Shown here one piece after another: positions 39,043-49,685 of a stretch of 64,000 nt of DNA. A program made the translations under genes and the position numbers. This DNA comes from an uncultured Chloroflexia bacterium (GTDB lineage: Bacteria > Chloroflexota > Anaerolineae > JAAYZQ01). Numbering within the stretch: the first letter of the stretch is position 1; each line of letters starts with the position of its first letter. The DNA lies in the NCBI GenBank assembly GCA_963700285.1, contig CAVOXA010000001.1:1536001-1600000 (forward strand), read 5' to 3'. Under the pieces are notes generated by a model. The model was not told the DNA's origin. It searched no databases and was given only the letters and a program-made list of their open reading frames with translations.

Positions 39043-40008
39043 CTATTTTTCAGGGTCCGTCAAGTTTCGCTTCTGCATCCAGGCCGGCAGGTGATCCCGC
39101 AACCGGGCTACCAGCGCCGCTCCGTCTGCGGGATCAAGCTGCAGGATGCCTTGCTGACCAGCATCGACCAGGGCCAGTTGCTGTTGCTCCAGGGAGACGC
39201 CCGGTGGGCAGGGAACCACGTGCCAGTGGACGTGGGCGTTGGCCTCCTGGCTGCCCAGGGAAAGAAGATAGACCCGCTCGGGCTTTAGGGCAAGCCGCAC
39301 TGCCTCGGCCACCGCGTGGACGATGCGCTGCAAGGATAGGTATTGATGCAAGGTAAAATCGCCCGTAACCTGCTCATGATGAGCGACGGGCGCCACCAGT
39401 ACGTAGCCATAGACAGTAGGGAACCGGTTCAAGAAAGCGATAGCTTCCTTGCTCTCCCAGACGATGTGATGCTGGGCCAGCGTGGGATCGCGCTCGATCA
39501 GGCGGCAGATGAAGCAGCCCTGGGCTACCTCTTGGAGGTAGTCATCCAGGTCGAGGCTCACCCGCTGCTGGGTACTCAGTACGCCCGCAGCGCGCAGGGC
39601 CTCGGCGATGATGCGCTGGTCCCGGACCGGATCCCGGTACAGCCGTCCTTGCTTGTCGGTCTCAAAGCCCCTGTGGTCGAGGATGACCAGTTGCATGCGG
39701 TTGGCGTCTGCCCATGCCTGCCGGCGCTGATCGTATAGGCGGCGTTGGTGGCCGCGGGATACCCCGCTTACTGTGGTACCTTCATCCATGATGGGCACGG
39801 GGGCGCTGTGCTGCCATTCCCAGTACTCTACGATGAGGCGGTGCCGGGGAAAGTAGCCATCGACGGGCAGTGCCCTGCGCTTGCCATCCTTGCCTGGATC
39901 GCCCAAGAGCGAGGGAAATCGATGCTGCCAGCGGTAGTCGGGTTCGGCCAGGATCCTGGCCACCAGGTCGAGGATGTACTTTTCGTCGCTTTCAGCGCGA
40001 GGAGGCAT
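39043..40008 (-). CDS. Fusion of a Vsr/DUF559-like (PD-(D/E)XK) domain and a HIT hydrolase
   Basis: N-half LPVDGYF...LIVEYWEWQH...YDQRR; C-half CFIC, GYVLVAP, HVHWH histidine triad; SD GAGGT before ATG 40008. Confidence 0.78.
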   Translation of the reverse strand: MPPRAESDEKYILDLVARILAEPDYRWQHRFPSLLGDPGKDGKRRALPVDGYFPRHRLIVEYWEWQHSAPVPIMDEGTTVSGVSRGHQRRLYDQRRQAWADANRMQLVILDHRGFETDKQGRLYRDPVRDQRIIAEALRAAGVLSTQQRVSLDLDDYLQEVAQGCFICRLIERDPTLAQHHIVWESKEAIAFLNRFPTVYGYVLVAPVAHHEQVTGDFTLHQYLSLQRIVHAVAEAVRLALKPERVYLLSLGSQEANAHVHWHVVPCPPGVSLEQQQLALVDAGQQGILQLDPADGAALVARLRDHLPAWMQKRNLTDPEK

Positions 40009-40010
40009 GG

Positions 40011-40763
40011 TTACCTCGTAGTGTGGCCCGAACCCTCGTTCTGGCCAAGGGAGGCGATACGGCTTGCCTGGGGAACGATCCACAGGTCAGCCGTTCCCGC
40101 CACGTTGAGGGTTGTGTCGGTGATGAGTACGGTCCTCAGGAAAAGTTCGAGCCAGACCCCATCCCTGATCTGTGCCTTCCAGACGACAGAGTCGCCCACC
40201 TCGCGATAGGGGTAGCCTTCGATATTGGCCAAATGGGCGCCCTGATCTGTTTTTCCAGCATAGATGAACACAGTGCCCGGGATGGCGGCGCCCTTCTTGA
40301 TGCGATGGGCCACAGGCAACTTGTAGTGGACTGGAGCAAGCTCGTTGGGCAGCGCGGGCTGGGGTACCGGATCAGTGATGGCGACCTCGGCCGAGCCCGC
40401 CACGTGCAGTTTGTCTTCGGTAATCAGGACAACCCGCAGGCTCAGGTCCGTGGCAACTCCGTCGGCCAGGTCACCCTTCCAGTTCAGAGAGTCACCCATT
40501 TTTTTGAGTGCTTGCTGTCCCCCGATGGATACCCGGGCGCCCTCCTCGCTTTTGCCGACATACTGGATGTCCGTTCCCGGCAGAAACGCACCCTGGGCGA
40601 TGCCAATCTCCACCGGGCCGGAATAAGCCAGCGCCGCGGCCCGGGCGTCCTTGCCTGGCCTGCAGGTGGCCAGCAGGACCAACAGCGTTGTGGCTAGCAC
40701 AGCCAGCGGCAGCCACTTGCCGATTCCTCCCAGCATCCTTTTGCCCAGCGTGTTTAGTAGCAT
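40011..40763 (-). CDS. Hypothetical lipoprotein with two internal repeats of about 95 aa
   Basis: Lipobox LATC; GAFLPGT..YVGK..GDSLNWK..LRVVLIT..VAGSA versus GAAIPGT..YAGK..GDSVVWK..LRTVLIT..VAGTA. Confidence 0.72.
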   Translation of the reverse strand: MLLNTLGKRMLGGIGKWLPLAVLATTLLVLLATCRPGKDARAAALAYSGPVEIGIAQGAFLPGTDIQYVGKSEEGARVSIGGQQALKKMGDSLNWKGDLADGVATDLSLRVVLITEDKLHVAGSAEVAITDPVPQPALPNELAPVHYKLPVAHRIKKGAAIPGTVFIYAGKTDQGAHLANIEGYPYREVGDSVVWKAQIRDGVWLELFLRTVLITDTTLNVAGTADLWIVPQASRIASLGQNEGSGHTTR

Positions 40764-40797
40764 CTTGCCGAGTGCACCGAGCAACCTTGAACTCGTC

Positions 40798-41724
40798 TCA
40801 GTGAGCAACCACTGGCTCATCCCGTGCCTCCTCTGCCAGCCATTCCTCGAAGAAGGCCAGCACTCGTGCCCGATACTCTTCTGGACGGGCTTGGTCGATC
40901 CGGCGGTGTTCTGCTTCTTGGACGATCCAGAGGGCCTTGGGGTTCCCCGCGGCGGCATGTAGTGCCTCGATCTCTGCCGGATCTACGTAGCGATCCCGAC
41001 CACCATGGACAAACAAGATAGGGCGTGGGCTGATCAGGTGGACCCAACGCTGGGGATCGGCTTCGGCCAGATCGCAACCCAGGCGCCAGCCAGCGATGCG
41101 CATGGTCCACGGGGTCACGATCCTGGCCAGCCAGAGGGGGATGCCACGCTGCTGGAGGCCAGCCTGCAGCGTGGGCCGGAGCCGGGCGAACCCTCCGTCC
41201 GAGACGATCGCGGCAATGGCTGGGTTTTGGGCCGCCGTACTGATGGCTACGGCGCCCCCCATCGAAAAGCCCAGAACACCAACCTGGTCGATGCCCAGTG
41301 CTTGAGCATAGTCCACCGCAGCTAGCAGATCCAGACGCTCGTAATAGCCCATGGAAACCTGCCGACCTTCGCTGCGGCCGTGGCCTCGAAAATCAAACTG
41401 GAGCACGTTGAAACCACGTTTCTGAAAAATGGGCACGTATCGCAAGTCTGAATCAAGACTGCCCGCGTGGCCGTGGCAAAAAACGATTGTGCCGCGCTGT
41501 GGTTTGCTGCCTGGTATGAACCAGCCACCCAGACGCAGGCCATCGCGGCTGCGGAAGCTGACCTCTTCATAGTCCAGAGCCAACTCGGCCGGATCGGCAG
41601 GGGAGTCAGGCGTCCTGCGCTGGATGAGTTGGGTGGCGGCAAACCAGCCGAGCATGAACAGTGCGGCAGTGGCGATGGCCGATAGGCTCACCACGGTGAC
41701 CGTCGCCACGAGCATCAGGTACAT
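40798..41724 (-). CDS. Membrane-anchored alpha/beta hydrolase
   Basis: FCHGH, FDFRGHGRSEG, GFSMGG, HGGRD. Confidence 0.9.
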   Translation of the reverse strand: MYLMLVATVTVVSLSAIATAALFMLGWFAATQLIQRRTPDSPADPAELALDYEEVSFRSRDGLRLGGWFIPGSKPQRGTIVFCHGHAGSLDSDLRYVPIFQKRGFNVLQFDFRGHGRSEGRQVSMGYYERLDLLAAVDYAQALGIDQVGVLGFSMGGAVAISTAAQNPAIAAIVSDGGFARLRPTLQAGLQQRGIPLWLARIVTPWTMRIAGWRLGCDLAEADPQRWVHLISPRPILFVHGGRDRYVDPAEIEALHAAAGNPKALWIVQEAEHRRIDQARPEEYRARVLAFFEEWLAEEARDEPVVAH

Positions 41725-41732
41725 GGTTACTC

Positions 41733-43040
41733 CTACGTGGTGTCTGTGGTCGGAGCAATCTCAGCTTGGGGAGAGGCTAGCTTGCTCTCTGAGGTCGTAG
41801 CTGTGCCCCGGCTGCGCACAAAGCGTGTCAATGCCACCATGCCCACAGCAACTGCCAAGGCGAGGCTGGCAAGGAGGGTGAAGGTCACGGTGGTACCAAG
41901 CTCTCCTGTCATTTGGCCGGCGCCGGTCAATTCGCTGCCCTGCAGGCCCAGCGAGGCCAAGGCCATACCCGCAACCAGCAGATTCCATAGGCTGTGGATG
42001 CCCACGCTGAGTGCGCCGAGGCCTAACCCCTGGCCCCAATGTTTTTCTAGCAGTGCATAGTACCAGGCCAGGCCCATCAGCGCGCCCGTGAAACAGTGCA
42101 GCAGTGTGGCGCCAAGTCGAAAGGTGACGACCACCGCCCAACTGTCCATTCCCCCGAGACTGTTGAACAAGCCTTCGGCCAGGGCGAACCCAGCCCCACC
42201 TGCCAGACCCCACAAAAACGCCTGGGGCATGCTGGGACGTCGATAGGCTCGCAGCGGCACGCCAATGGTCTTGACCAACTCTTCGATCAGGGGCACGGCG
42301 ATGGCAAAGACAAAGAATGCGAAGAACAATATGAGAGGTGACCTGGCCAGTGAGGCCAAGTTCCCCGGGGCCTCCAGCCAGGCCGGGTCCTGAAGATGGC
42401 CGGCAAGGACCTGTAGCTGCTCCAGACCGCCAGGCTTCACCGCCACAAGGCCTAGCATGACGATCAGCGTGCCTATGACGATGGTTATCTCCAGGGAAAA
42501 TGCCAGGGCAGTGGCGACTAGAGCGCCACTGCTCAACTGGAACACCATGTCGCGATTGCGGGTGACGCCGCCCAAACTTCGGGCCACCAACGCCATGATG
42601 ACCACGGGAGGCAATCCAGCGGCCAGTACGTGGAGGAGAGGAAATGTGAGTGCCGGCATCAAGTCCGACCGTAGGACGGCCTGGCCAAGGATGACAGCGA
42701 GCAGAAAGAATAGAGCCCAGATCCCGACAAAGCGGGGCAAGAACCATCGCGATCCGCGGCCCTGAATGGACTGCCATGCCTGCCAGGCCAGAGCGGAGCC
42801 GAGGCCCACGGCCAAGGCCAGGAAGGAGACACTGGCCGCACTCAGGATCAGACGGTCGCCTGTCTCCAGGAGACTGACAAAGAACCCAATGCTGCCAGCC
42901 GATAACCCGATGGCGATGAGGGACAGCGCGCCGATGAGAATCAGAATACGGACGAGGCCCAGCGTGGGGTTGCTCTCTGTCCGAGGCGCCACATTGCTCG
43001 CGATGATGCTTTGCTTACTACTGGATCTGTTGTCGCTCAT
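41733..43040 (-). CDS. PrsW-family intramembrane protease
   Basis: PLIEELVK, GAGFALAE, LLH, IHSLWN motifs. Confidence 0.85.
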   Translation of the reverse strand: MSDNRSSSKQSIIASNVAPRTESNPTLGLVRILILIGALSLIAIGLSAGSIGFFVSLLETGDRLILSAASVSFLALAVGLGSALAWQAWQSIQGRGSRWFLPRFVGIWALFFLLAVILGQAVLRSDLMPALTFPLLHVLAAGLPPVVIMALVARSLGGVTRNRDMVFQLSSGALVATALAFSLEITIVIGTLIVMLGLVAVKPGGLEQLQVLAGHLQDPAWLEAPGNLASLARSPLILFFAFFVFAIAVPLIEELVKTIGVPLRAYRRPSMPQAFLWGLAGGAGFALAEGLFNSLGGMDSWAVVVTFRLGATLLHCFTGALMGLAWYYALLEKHWGQGLGLGALSVGIHSLWNLLVAGMALASLGLQGSELTGAGQMTGELGTTVTFTLLASLALAVAVGMVALTRFVRSRGTATTSESKLASPQAEIAPTTDTT

Positions 43041-43199
43041 TAGCCACTGGCCCCCTTCTGCTTGCAGGACTGTATCACATTTTGGCTCCCTTGTCCAGCC
43101 ATCAGCGGAGTAGCCTGCGGCATACTCTCGTTGCTGGCAGTTGAACTAGCCCATGATCTGGTGTATACTATGCTCATCCTGTGTTGTGGGTGATCTCAA

Positions 43200-45260
43200 G
43201 TGAAGGACTGGAGATCGGGGCTGCGTTCCTTGTCGGCGCAAATGGTTGTGAGTTCTATTGCGCTTGTGTTGCTGATGGCCGCGGCGGCGGGTCTTCCGGC
43301 TGTATGGCTCATCCGGGAGCAGCTTGATCGCCATGCCTGGTCCCAGGTAGAGCAGGGGCGTCTGGCGGCTCAGGCGCTTTATGCCGTTCAGCAAAGCGAA
43401 TTGGCGGGCCTGGCGACTTTGGCGGCACAGCGTCCTACCCTCGGCTACCTACTGGTGGACGGCGATCAGGATGCGCTCTCGGCCTACCTGGCCACCCTCC
43501 GCGAGGGCTCGGGACTCGATCTGGTTCTCGTCTGTGATGCCGGTCAGCTGGTCTCCCATGCTGGTGAGTCGATCGCGGTGGACTATTGCGCGGAAAGCCT
43601 GCTTTCTAACTTTTATGTCGTTCCGGCCGGTCCGGTCGTCCAGGCCTGGCACTTTGCTTCCCATGTCCTGGCCAATGAGGCAGGAGATCCCCTGGGCAGT
43701 GTGGTTGTGGGTCTGGCCCTGGATGATGAGTTCGCGAGACAGATGCGCAGCCAGACTGGCCTGGAGCACGCGCTCCTGGTGGACGGGGAACCGGTGGCAA
43801 CCAGCCTGGCTGCGCGCAAGGTGCGGCTGCCGGCTGCAGGTGGGGATGCAGCCCAGGGTACCTATACCCTGGCCGGCCGGCCTTACTACGCTGCCCGGTT
43901 TCCGCTGGATGGGGCTGGCCCAGAGGCAGAGGTAGCGCTGGATGTGGCAGAGATCACCATGACGCAGCGGCGATTGGTCCTGACGTTGGCCGGCAGCATC
44001 CTGGCGGTGGGGGTAGTGGCCTCTCTGCTGGGGACCTACCTGGCCCGGCGGATTGGCCGGCCGCTCGCTCGCCTTGCCGACGCCGCTGGTGCCATGAGCC
44101 GAGAGGATCTCGATCGCCCTTTGGCTGTCGAGACTCGCGTCCGGGAGATAGCCTTGCTAGCCCAGGCCCTGGAAAATGCCCGTGCCGACTTGAATCGTTC
44201 CTTGGCCGAGTTGCGCCAGGAGAAAGCCTGGACCGATCACCTGTTGGATGCCATCGTTGAGGGGATCGCAACCCTGGATCAGCGAGGCCGCGTCACCTTT
44301 TTCAGTCGAGGAGCGGAACGGATCACGGGTTGGCAGCGCGACGAGGCGGTGGGCAGCAGTTGTGATCGCGTGTTCCGGCCAATCGAGACCGATGAGCCCT
44401 TTAGCAAGCTCATTCCTGTACCGGGACACCGCCGCAAGATCCTGGTGGAACTCCGCGATGGGCGTCAGGTTACCCTGGCCGTGACGGGTGCTCAACTGTT
44501 TTCTCCGGAACGGGGGAATGCCAGGGTGGCGCTGGTCTTTCGCGACGTAAGTGAGGAAGAAGCGGTGCATCGCCTCCTGGGCCACTTTTTGGCCAACGTA
44601 GCTCACGAGTTTCGTACGCCCTTGTCCTCCCTCGCGGCCTCAGTCGAGCTGCTTTTGGACCAGGCGCCGGATCTCCAGCTATCTGAGCTCGAGGAGCTAC
44701 TGACTGCCCTTCACTTGGGGGTTCTGGGCCTGCAGACGCTGATTGACAACCTTTTGGAGAGTGCCAGCATCGAGGCCGGGCATTTTCGAGTGCAGCCCCG
44801 TCCCTCCAACCTGGGCGACATCATCGCCGAGGCGCTCAGGACGATGCAGCCTCTGCTGGACAAACGTGAGCAGCGGCTCGTGGTAGAGCTGCCAGTCGCA
44901 ACCCCTGTGGTACAGGCCGATCCACGGCGAACCACACAGGTCTTGGTCAATCTGCTGTCCAACGCCAGCAAGTATGGCCCAGACGACGCCGAGATCGAGG
45001 TCCGGGCAGTTGTGGCAGGGGACCGGATCCAGGTGAGTGTCTCTGACTCGGGGCCTGGTGTGTCAGCCAACTACCGGAAAGATCTGTTTCGGCGCTTTGT
45101 ACATCCTATCTCCGGCAGCGACCTTGCCCAGGTCGGCGTTGGCCTAGGGTTGTCAGTTGTCAAGGCTGTAGTAGAAGCCCAGGGCGGGCAGGTTGGGGTG
45201 AATGATCGGGAGGGAGGCGGCTCTCTCTTCTGGTTCACCCTCCCGATGGCTAGTCCTTGA
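43200..45260 (+). CDS. Membrane sensor histidine kinase (HAMP, PAS)
   Basis: Two TM helices, HAMP, PAS (GAERITGW), [28 protein letters not shown]. Confidence 0.92.
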   Translation: MKDWRSGLRSLSAQMVVSSIALVLLMAAAAGLPAVWLIREQLDRHAWSQVEQGRLAAQALYAVQQSELAGLATLAAQRPTLGYLLVDGDQDALSAYLATLREGSGLDLVLVCDAGQLVSHAGESIAVDYCAESLLSNFYVVPAGPVVQAWHFASHVLANEAGDPLGSVVVGLALDDEFARQMRSQTGLEHALLVDGEPVATSLAARKVRLPAAGGDAAQGTYTLAGRPYYAARFPLDGAGPEAEVALDVAEITMTQRRLVLTLAGSILAVGVVASLLGTYLARRIGRPLARLADAAGAMSREDLDRPLAVETRVREIALLAQALENARADLNRSLAELRQEKAWTDHLLDAIVEGIATLDQRGRVTFFSRGAERITGWQRDEAVGSSCDRVFRPIETDEPFSKLIPVPGHRRKILVELRDGRQVTLAVTGAQLFSPERGNARVALVFRDVSEEEAVHRLLGHFLANVAHEFRTPLSSLAASVELLLDQAPDLQLSELEELLTALHLGVLGLQTLIDNLLESASIEAGHFRVQPRPSNLGDIIAEALRTMQPLLDKREQRLVVELPVATPVVQADPRRTTQVLVNLLSNASKYGPDDAEIEVRAVVAGDRIQVSVSDSGPGVSANYRKDLFRRFVHPISGSDLAQVGVGLGLSVVKAVVEAQGGQVGVNDREGGGSLFWFTLPMASP

Positions 45261-45312
45261 GAATTGTCAGCGCTGGAGGTTGATCTCTGATGGTAAAGAT
45301 TTTGGGGGCTGG

Positions 45313-46059
45313 ATGGTGAAAGCGCTTGTTGTTGACGATGATCGCGTTCTGTCCGATGTCCTGGCCTTTACCCTTCGCCGCGAAGGCTTTCAGGTGATCC
45401 AGGCCTTTGACGGCGAGCTTGCCTTGCAGTCTTGGGCCGAGGAGGAGCCGGATCTGATCGTGCTGGACGTCAATATGCCCAAGCTCGATGGATTTGCTGT
45501 CTGCCGCCGCATCCGTGAGGAGGAAAGAGGCACAAAGCTGGCCGGTACGCCGATCATCCTGCTTACTGTTCGGGGCGAGGAGGACGACATTGTGCGTGGC
45601 CTGGAACTGGGCGCTGACGACTATATCACCAAGCCTTTCAGCCCGCGCCAGCTTGTCGCCCGGGCTCACGCCCTGCTGCGCCGGGCTGGTATGGTAGCGG
45701 CGGCTGATACTGCAGGTATCCGCTGTGTCGGGGCGCTGGTGCTGGATCCGAGCCGGCGCGAAGTGCACATGGGGCAGGGTCCGAGCGTACCGCTCACCCC
45801 TCTGGAGAGCCGCCTCCTGAGCTATTTAATGCTCAATGCTGGACATCTTCTGACGGCAGATGCTATCATCGGCCACGTCTGGGGGGTTGAGGGGGGTGAC
45901 CGTGATATGCTCCGCCAACTGGTCTATCGTCTGCGCAGCAAGCTTGTGCAGGCGGTGGGCGCGCAGGCAGATATGCCCCCAAGTTCTGCTGCCTACATCG
46001 AAACCGTGCCTGGCCTGGGTTATGGGTTGATTGTTCCCCCCATTCCCAAAGCGGATTAG
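45313..46059 (+). CDS. OmpR/PhoB-family response regulator
   Basis: [31 protein letters not shown]. Confidence 0.92.
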   Translation: MVKALVVDDDRVLSDVLAFTLRREGFQVIQAFDGELALQSWAEEEPDLIVLDVNMPKLDGFAVCRRIREEERGTKLAGTPIILLTVRGEEDDIVRGLELGADDYITKPFSPRQLVARAHALLRRAGMVAAADTAGIRCVGALVLDPSRREVHMGQGPSVPLTPLESRLLSYLMLNAGHLLTADAIIGHVWGVEGGDRDMLRQLVYRLRSKLVQAVGAQADMPPSSAAYIETVPGLGYGLIVPPIPKAD

Positions 46060-46107
46060 AAGCTGGCCAACCCTCCTCCCCGTTGCAGCGAAGGTATTTT
46101 CCGAAAA

Positions 46108-46164
46108 CTGTAACAGCTTTGTCACGGCTGCATCACAAAGCTTGTTACTTCCCCTGGCTATGAT
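46108..46164 (+). promoter_or_regulatory. Pho-box-like direct repeats and -10 element upstream of the USP genes
   Basis: CTGTAAC, TTGTCAC, GCATCAC, TTGTTAC at 11/11/12-bp spacing; TATGAT at 46159-46164. Confidence 0.5.
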
Positions 46165-46420
46165 AGGAGTGTAGCTTGGGGAGGTCTGTGCATGATGTCG
46201 TTGCCCGTGAAGCGGTCGTCTCTGTACTGGGAGCGGCGCGGTGCGTTGTACGGGGTGATCCTCTGACTATTGATGCGCAGTTGGCAGAGATGTCGAGACA
46301 GACCGCCTTTCGTCCTCGGCTGACGCGATCTTGGCCCATTCCCGCGATCTCTGGCCGCCAGGATGCTTGAACGTGCGGACCAGGGTGCAGGTTGGGCATC
46401 TGAAAGAAAGGGGGGGCATC

Positions 46421-47329
46421 GTGGTGACTCAGATCCTCGTTCCATTGGATGGTTCAGTTTTGGCCGAGCAGGCGATCTCCTGCGCCGTGATGCTCAGCCG
46501 GAGCTTGCCATCTGAACTCATCTTGTTCCGCGCCGTTTCAATGCCGCTTGACGTACGGCAGATCCTGGACAGCGCCGATCTCCAGGTTGAGGCGCTGATG
46601 CAACAGGACGAGGCTGAGGCCAACCATTATCTGGAGGAGATGGCTGACTCACTTCGGGTGACTGGCCTGACCGTCCATCCCGTCGTCCAGCGCGGGCCTG
46701 CGGCGGAATCCATCGTGGACTATGCCGGGCAGAGGGCCATCCAGCAGATCGTCATGGCTACTCACGGCTACAGTGGCCTCAAGCGGTGGAGGCACGGCAG
46801 TGTGGCTGAGCGTGTTCTCCAGGCAGCCAGTATTCCGGTGCTTCTGGTACGTGCGAGAGAGGGTACAGCGTACGATTTAGGACAGCCCAAGTCATGCAAG
46901 CGCATTCTGGTGCCATTGGACGGCTCGGAGTTGGCCGAGCAGGTTTTGCCAGTGGTCATACCGATTGCCCTGGCCCTTGGCAGTGAGATTACCGTCTTTC
47001 GGGTGCCTATCGTCTATACTCCCGGGTCACTCATGGGTGAGTGGTACGTACCCCTGGCAGGTGACTTTGAGATGGCGGGGCAGAGCGCCCAGGCCTACCT
47101 GGATCGGGTGGCCAGCCGTCTGAAGGAGCAAGGGATTAGGGCATCTTTGGCCACGCAGATAGGCGCTGTGGCTAACTCTATCATCGGATATGCCGAGGCC
47201 AATCGTGTAGACCTGATCGCCATGTGTACACATGGCCGGACAGGCCTGGCACGGTGGGCACTGGGCAGTGTCGCCGATAAGGTACTCCGGGCTGGGGGCA
47301 TCCCGATGCTGTTGGTACGGGCAAAGTAG
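46421..47329 (+). CDS. Tandem-domain universal stress protein
   Basis: Two ILVPLDGS...THG..G...GSVA.. units. Confidence 0.92.
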   Translation: MVTQILVPLDGSVLAEQAISCAVMLSRSLPSELILFRAVSMPLDVRQILDSADLQVEALMQQDEAEANHYLEEMADSLRVTGLTVHPVVQRGPAAESIVDYAGQRAIQQIVMATHGYSGLKRWRHGSVAERVLQAASIPVLLVRAREGTAYDLGQPKSCKRILVPLDGSELAEQVLPVVIPIALALGSEITVFRVPIVYTPGSLMGEWYVPLAGDFEMAGQSAQAYLDRVASRLKEQGIRASLATQIGAVANSIIGYAEANRVDLIAMCTHGRTGLARWALGSVADKVLRAGGIPMLLVRAK

Positions 47330-47458
47330 AGGGGTTCCCGGGAAGCGATACATGCAGCAACGGCAAAGGTCCCTGGCTCATTGAGCAGGCGCTCGCCCAC
47401 TGCAGCTAATCTGGCAGGTTGCTGACCCTGATCCTTGAGAGGGAGAGGAGGCAGCGCG

Positions 47459-47933
47459 ATGTTTTCAAGAATTCTACTGGCTACGGATGGCTCTACTCAC
47501 GCTCACGTTGCGCTCAGGTATGCCCGGGATCTGGCCCTGCGGCATGATGCCGAGGTTGTTGTGATCCACGCTTTTGAGCCCGTGTCTACCTATTTGGGTG
47601 AACCATGGCTGCATCGGGTCATGGCTTGTCACGTTGCCGCAGGACGAGATATCGCAGACCTGGCGGCGCGGGAATTGCTGGAGGCCGGTGTTGACGTCGA
47701 GGTTGAGGTCCTGGAGGGGCCGCCAGCCGATGCCATCCTGCGCGTGGCCGATGTCCGCCAGTGTGACTTGATTCTGATGGGCAGCCGGGGCCGTGGCACA
47801 CTGGCAAGTCTTGCTTCTGGGCAGTGTGTCGCAACGCGTGTTGAGCCACGCCCGTATACCGGTAATGATTGTCAGTGCCAAGGTGGCGAAACCCAGCCAG
47901 GGCACACCAAGCCCAGAATGGCCAATCGCCTAG
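47459..47933 (+). CDS. Single-domain universal stress protein; frameshift near 47815
   Basis: ILLATDGS, MGSRGRG, then LLGSVSQRVLSHARIPVMIV in the shifted frame. Confidence 0.85.
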
Positions 47934-47978
47934 ATCCCCGTTGGGCGCAACTGGTGCCTGGAGGCACTTTTGTTGGCC

Positions 47979-48866
47979 TCAGCCGGGTGTGGTTGCTCTG
48001 GCCGACGATCCTGCCCGTCTCTCCCGGAGCCAGCTCCACACGGTGCCCCGGCGCGGCGCAAAGAGAAATGCAGCGGCAAAAAAGACTGTGCAGACCAATA
48101 CGACTGCAGCTCCTGAAGCAATATTGACATAAAAAGAAAGGTAGAGTCCTGCCACCGAGGAGACCGCGCCGATGGCTGCCCCAACGATCATCATGTGCCA
48201 CAACCGGCGCGTGAGCAGGTAGGCCGTAGCAGCGGGTGTGACCAACATGGCCACCATCAGCGCCACGCCCACGGTCTGCAGCGAGACGACGACGGTCAGG
48301 GCGATGAGTACCAGCAAAAGGTAGTGTAGGGCGGTCAAGGGCAGGCGCAGGGTGGCAGCCAGGATGGGATCGAAGGAGATGACCAGTAGCTCCTTGTAGA
48401 GCAGGATCACGAACAGTAGCACGATGGCGCCCAGCGCCGCGGTCAGCGCGAGATCGCTATTGGACACGCCCAGCACGTTGCCAAAGAGGATGTGGGTCAG
48501 ATCCACGCTGTAGGTCTGAACCGTGGACAGGAGCGCCACCCCAAGGGCAAAGCTGGCGGCAAAGATTACGCCAATGGCGGTGTCCTCCTTTACCTGTCCC
48601 CGGCGGCTCAGGTATCCGATGCCCACGGCCGTCAAGAGGCCCATGACCAGGGCACCCCAAAAGAGATTGATTTCCAGCAGATAGGCGATGGCAATGCCGG
48701 GCAGAATGGCGTGGGCCAGTGCGTCACCGAAAAAGGCCATGCCGCGCAGCACCACGTAGGTGCCCACCACGGCGCAAAGTGTGCCGACCATCAGCGATGC
48801 CAACAGCCCGCGGACCATGAAGGGGTAGCGCAGCGGCTCGACGATCAACTCCAGTAGGTCAGCCAT
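47979..48866 (-). CDS. Zn/Mn ABC transporter permease
   Basis: GDALAHAILPG, EDTAIG, LFGNVL, VTPAATA. Confidence 0.93.
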   Translation of the reverse strand: MADLLELIVEPLRYPFMVRGLLASLMVGTLCAVVGTYVVLRGMAFFGDALAHAILPGIAIAYLLEINLFWGALVMGLLTAVGIGYLSRRGQVKEDTAIGVIFAASFALGVALLSTVQTYSVDLTHILFGNVLGVSNSDLALTAALGAIVLLFVILLYKELLVISFDPILAATLRLPLTALHYLLLVLIALTVVVSLQTVGVALMVAMLVTPAATAYLLTRRLWHMMIVGAAIGAVSSVAGLYLSFYVNIASGAAVVLVCTVFFAAAFLFAPRRGTVWSWLRERRAGSSARATTPG

Positions 48867-49629
48867 GATGATGCCCCTCCTCGCCGCAGCAGTCAATGTC
48901 GCCCAGGACCATGGCATAGTCTTCACCGCGCCAAAGCGCCGAGCCGCCATAGGCCGCCGCCAGGGTCTGTGGTGTGACTGCTTCTCGCGGCCTTCCGTAG
49001 GCAATGAGCTGGTGGTTGAGGAGGGCCAGCCGGTCGAAACGTTCCACGGCCAGATTCAGGTCGTGGGTCGAGACCAGCACGGTGACCCTCTGCTCGCGCA
49101 GGCGGTCCAGGATCTCCAGGATGGCCTCCTGCGAGGGCGTGTCCACGCCGGTAAAGGGCTCGTCCATGAGCAGGATGGTGGCCTCCTGGGCCAGGGCCCG
49201 GGCGATGAATACCCGCTGCTGCTGCCCACCGGACAGTTCGCCGATCTGCCTGGCGGCATAGTCCTGCATGCCCACCTGCCTCAGGCAGCGCCGTACAATC
49301 TCGCGGTCTGAGGGACGCTGCCAGCGCAGCCAGCCCATTTTGGAAACGCGGCCCATCATGACCGCGTCGTGGACGGTTACCGGAAAGCTCCAGTCCACGG
49401 CCGATCGTTGGGTGACGTACCCAAACTCGGCGCCGTCTGCTTCCACTTTACCGGCTGTAGGATGGACTAGGCCAACCAGCGCCTTGAACAGTGTGCTCTT
49501 GCCCGCCCCATTGGGACCGACGATGGCCACCCGCTCACCAGCTTGGACATCAAGACTCACACCTTCCAAGGCGTTGGTGCCGTTGTACCGTACTGTCAGG
49601 TTCTGGACCTTTAGAACTGCTGTCATCAT
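48859..49629 (-). CDS. Zn/Mn ABC transporter ATPase
   Basis: GPNGAGKST, LSGGQQQR, MDEPF; C-terminal CC..GHHHG. Confidence 0.94.
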   Translation of the reverse strand: MMTAVLKVQNLTVRYNGTNALEGVSLDVQAGERVAIVGPNGAGKSTLFKALVGLVHPTAGKVEADGAEFGYVTQRSAVDWSFPVTVHDAVMMGRVSKMGWLRWQRPSDREIVRRCLRQVGMQDYAARQIGELSGGQQQRVFIARALAQEATILLMDEPFTGVDTPSQEAILEILDRLREQRVTVLVSTHDLNLAVERFDRLALLNHQLIAYGRPREAVTPQTLAAAYGGSALWRGEDYAMVLGDIDCCGEEGHHHG

Positions 49630-49685
49630 TCTCGCCGTCTCTGCCCGCCCCGCGTTGGGTTCTCCCCGTGCCGCGGAACAGCTCC

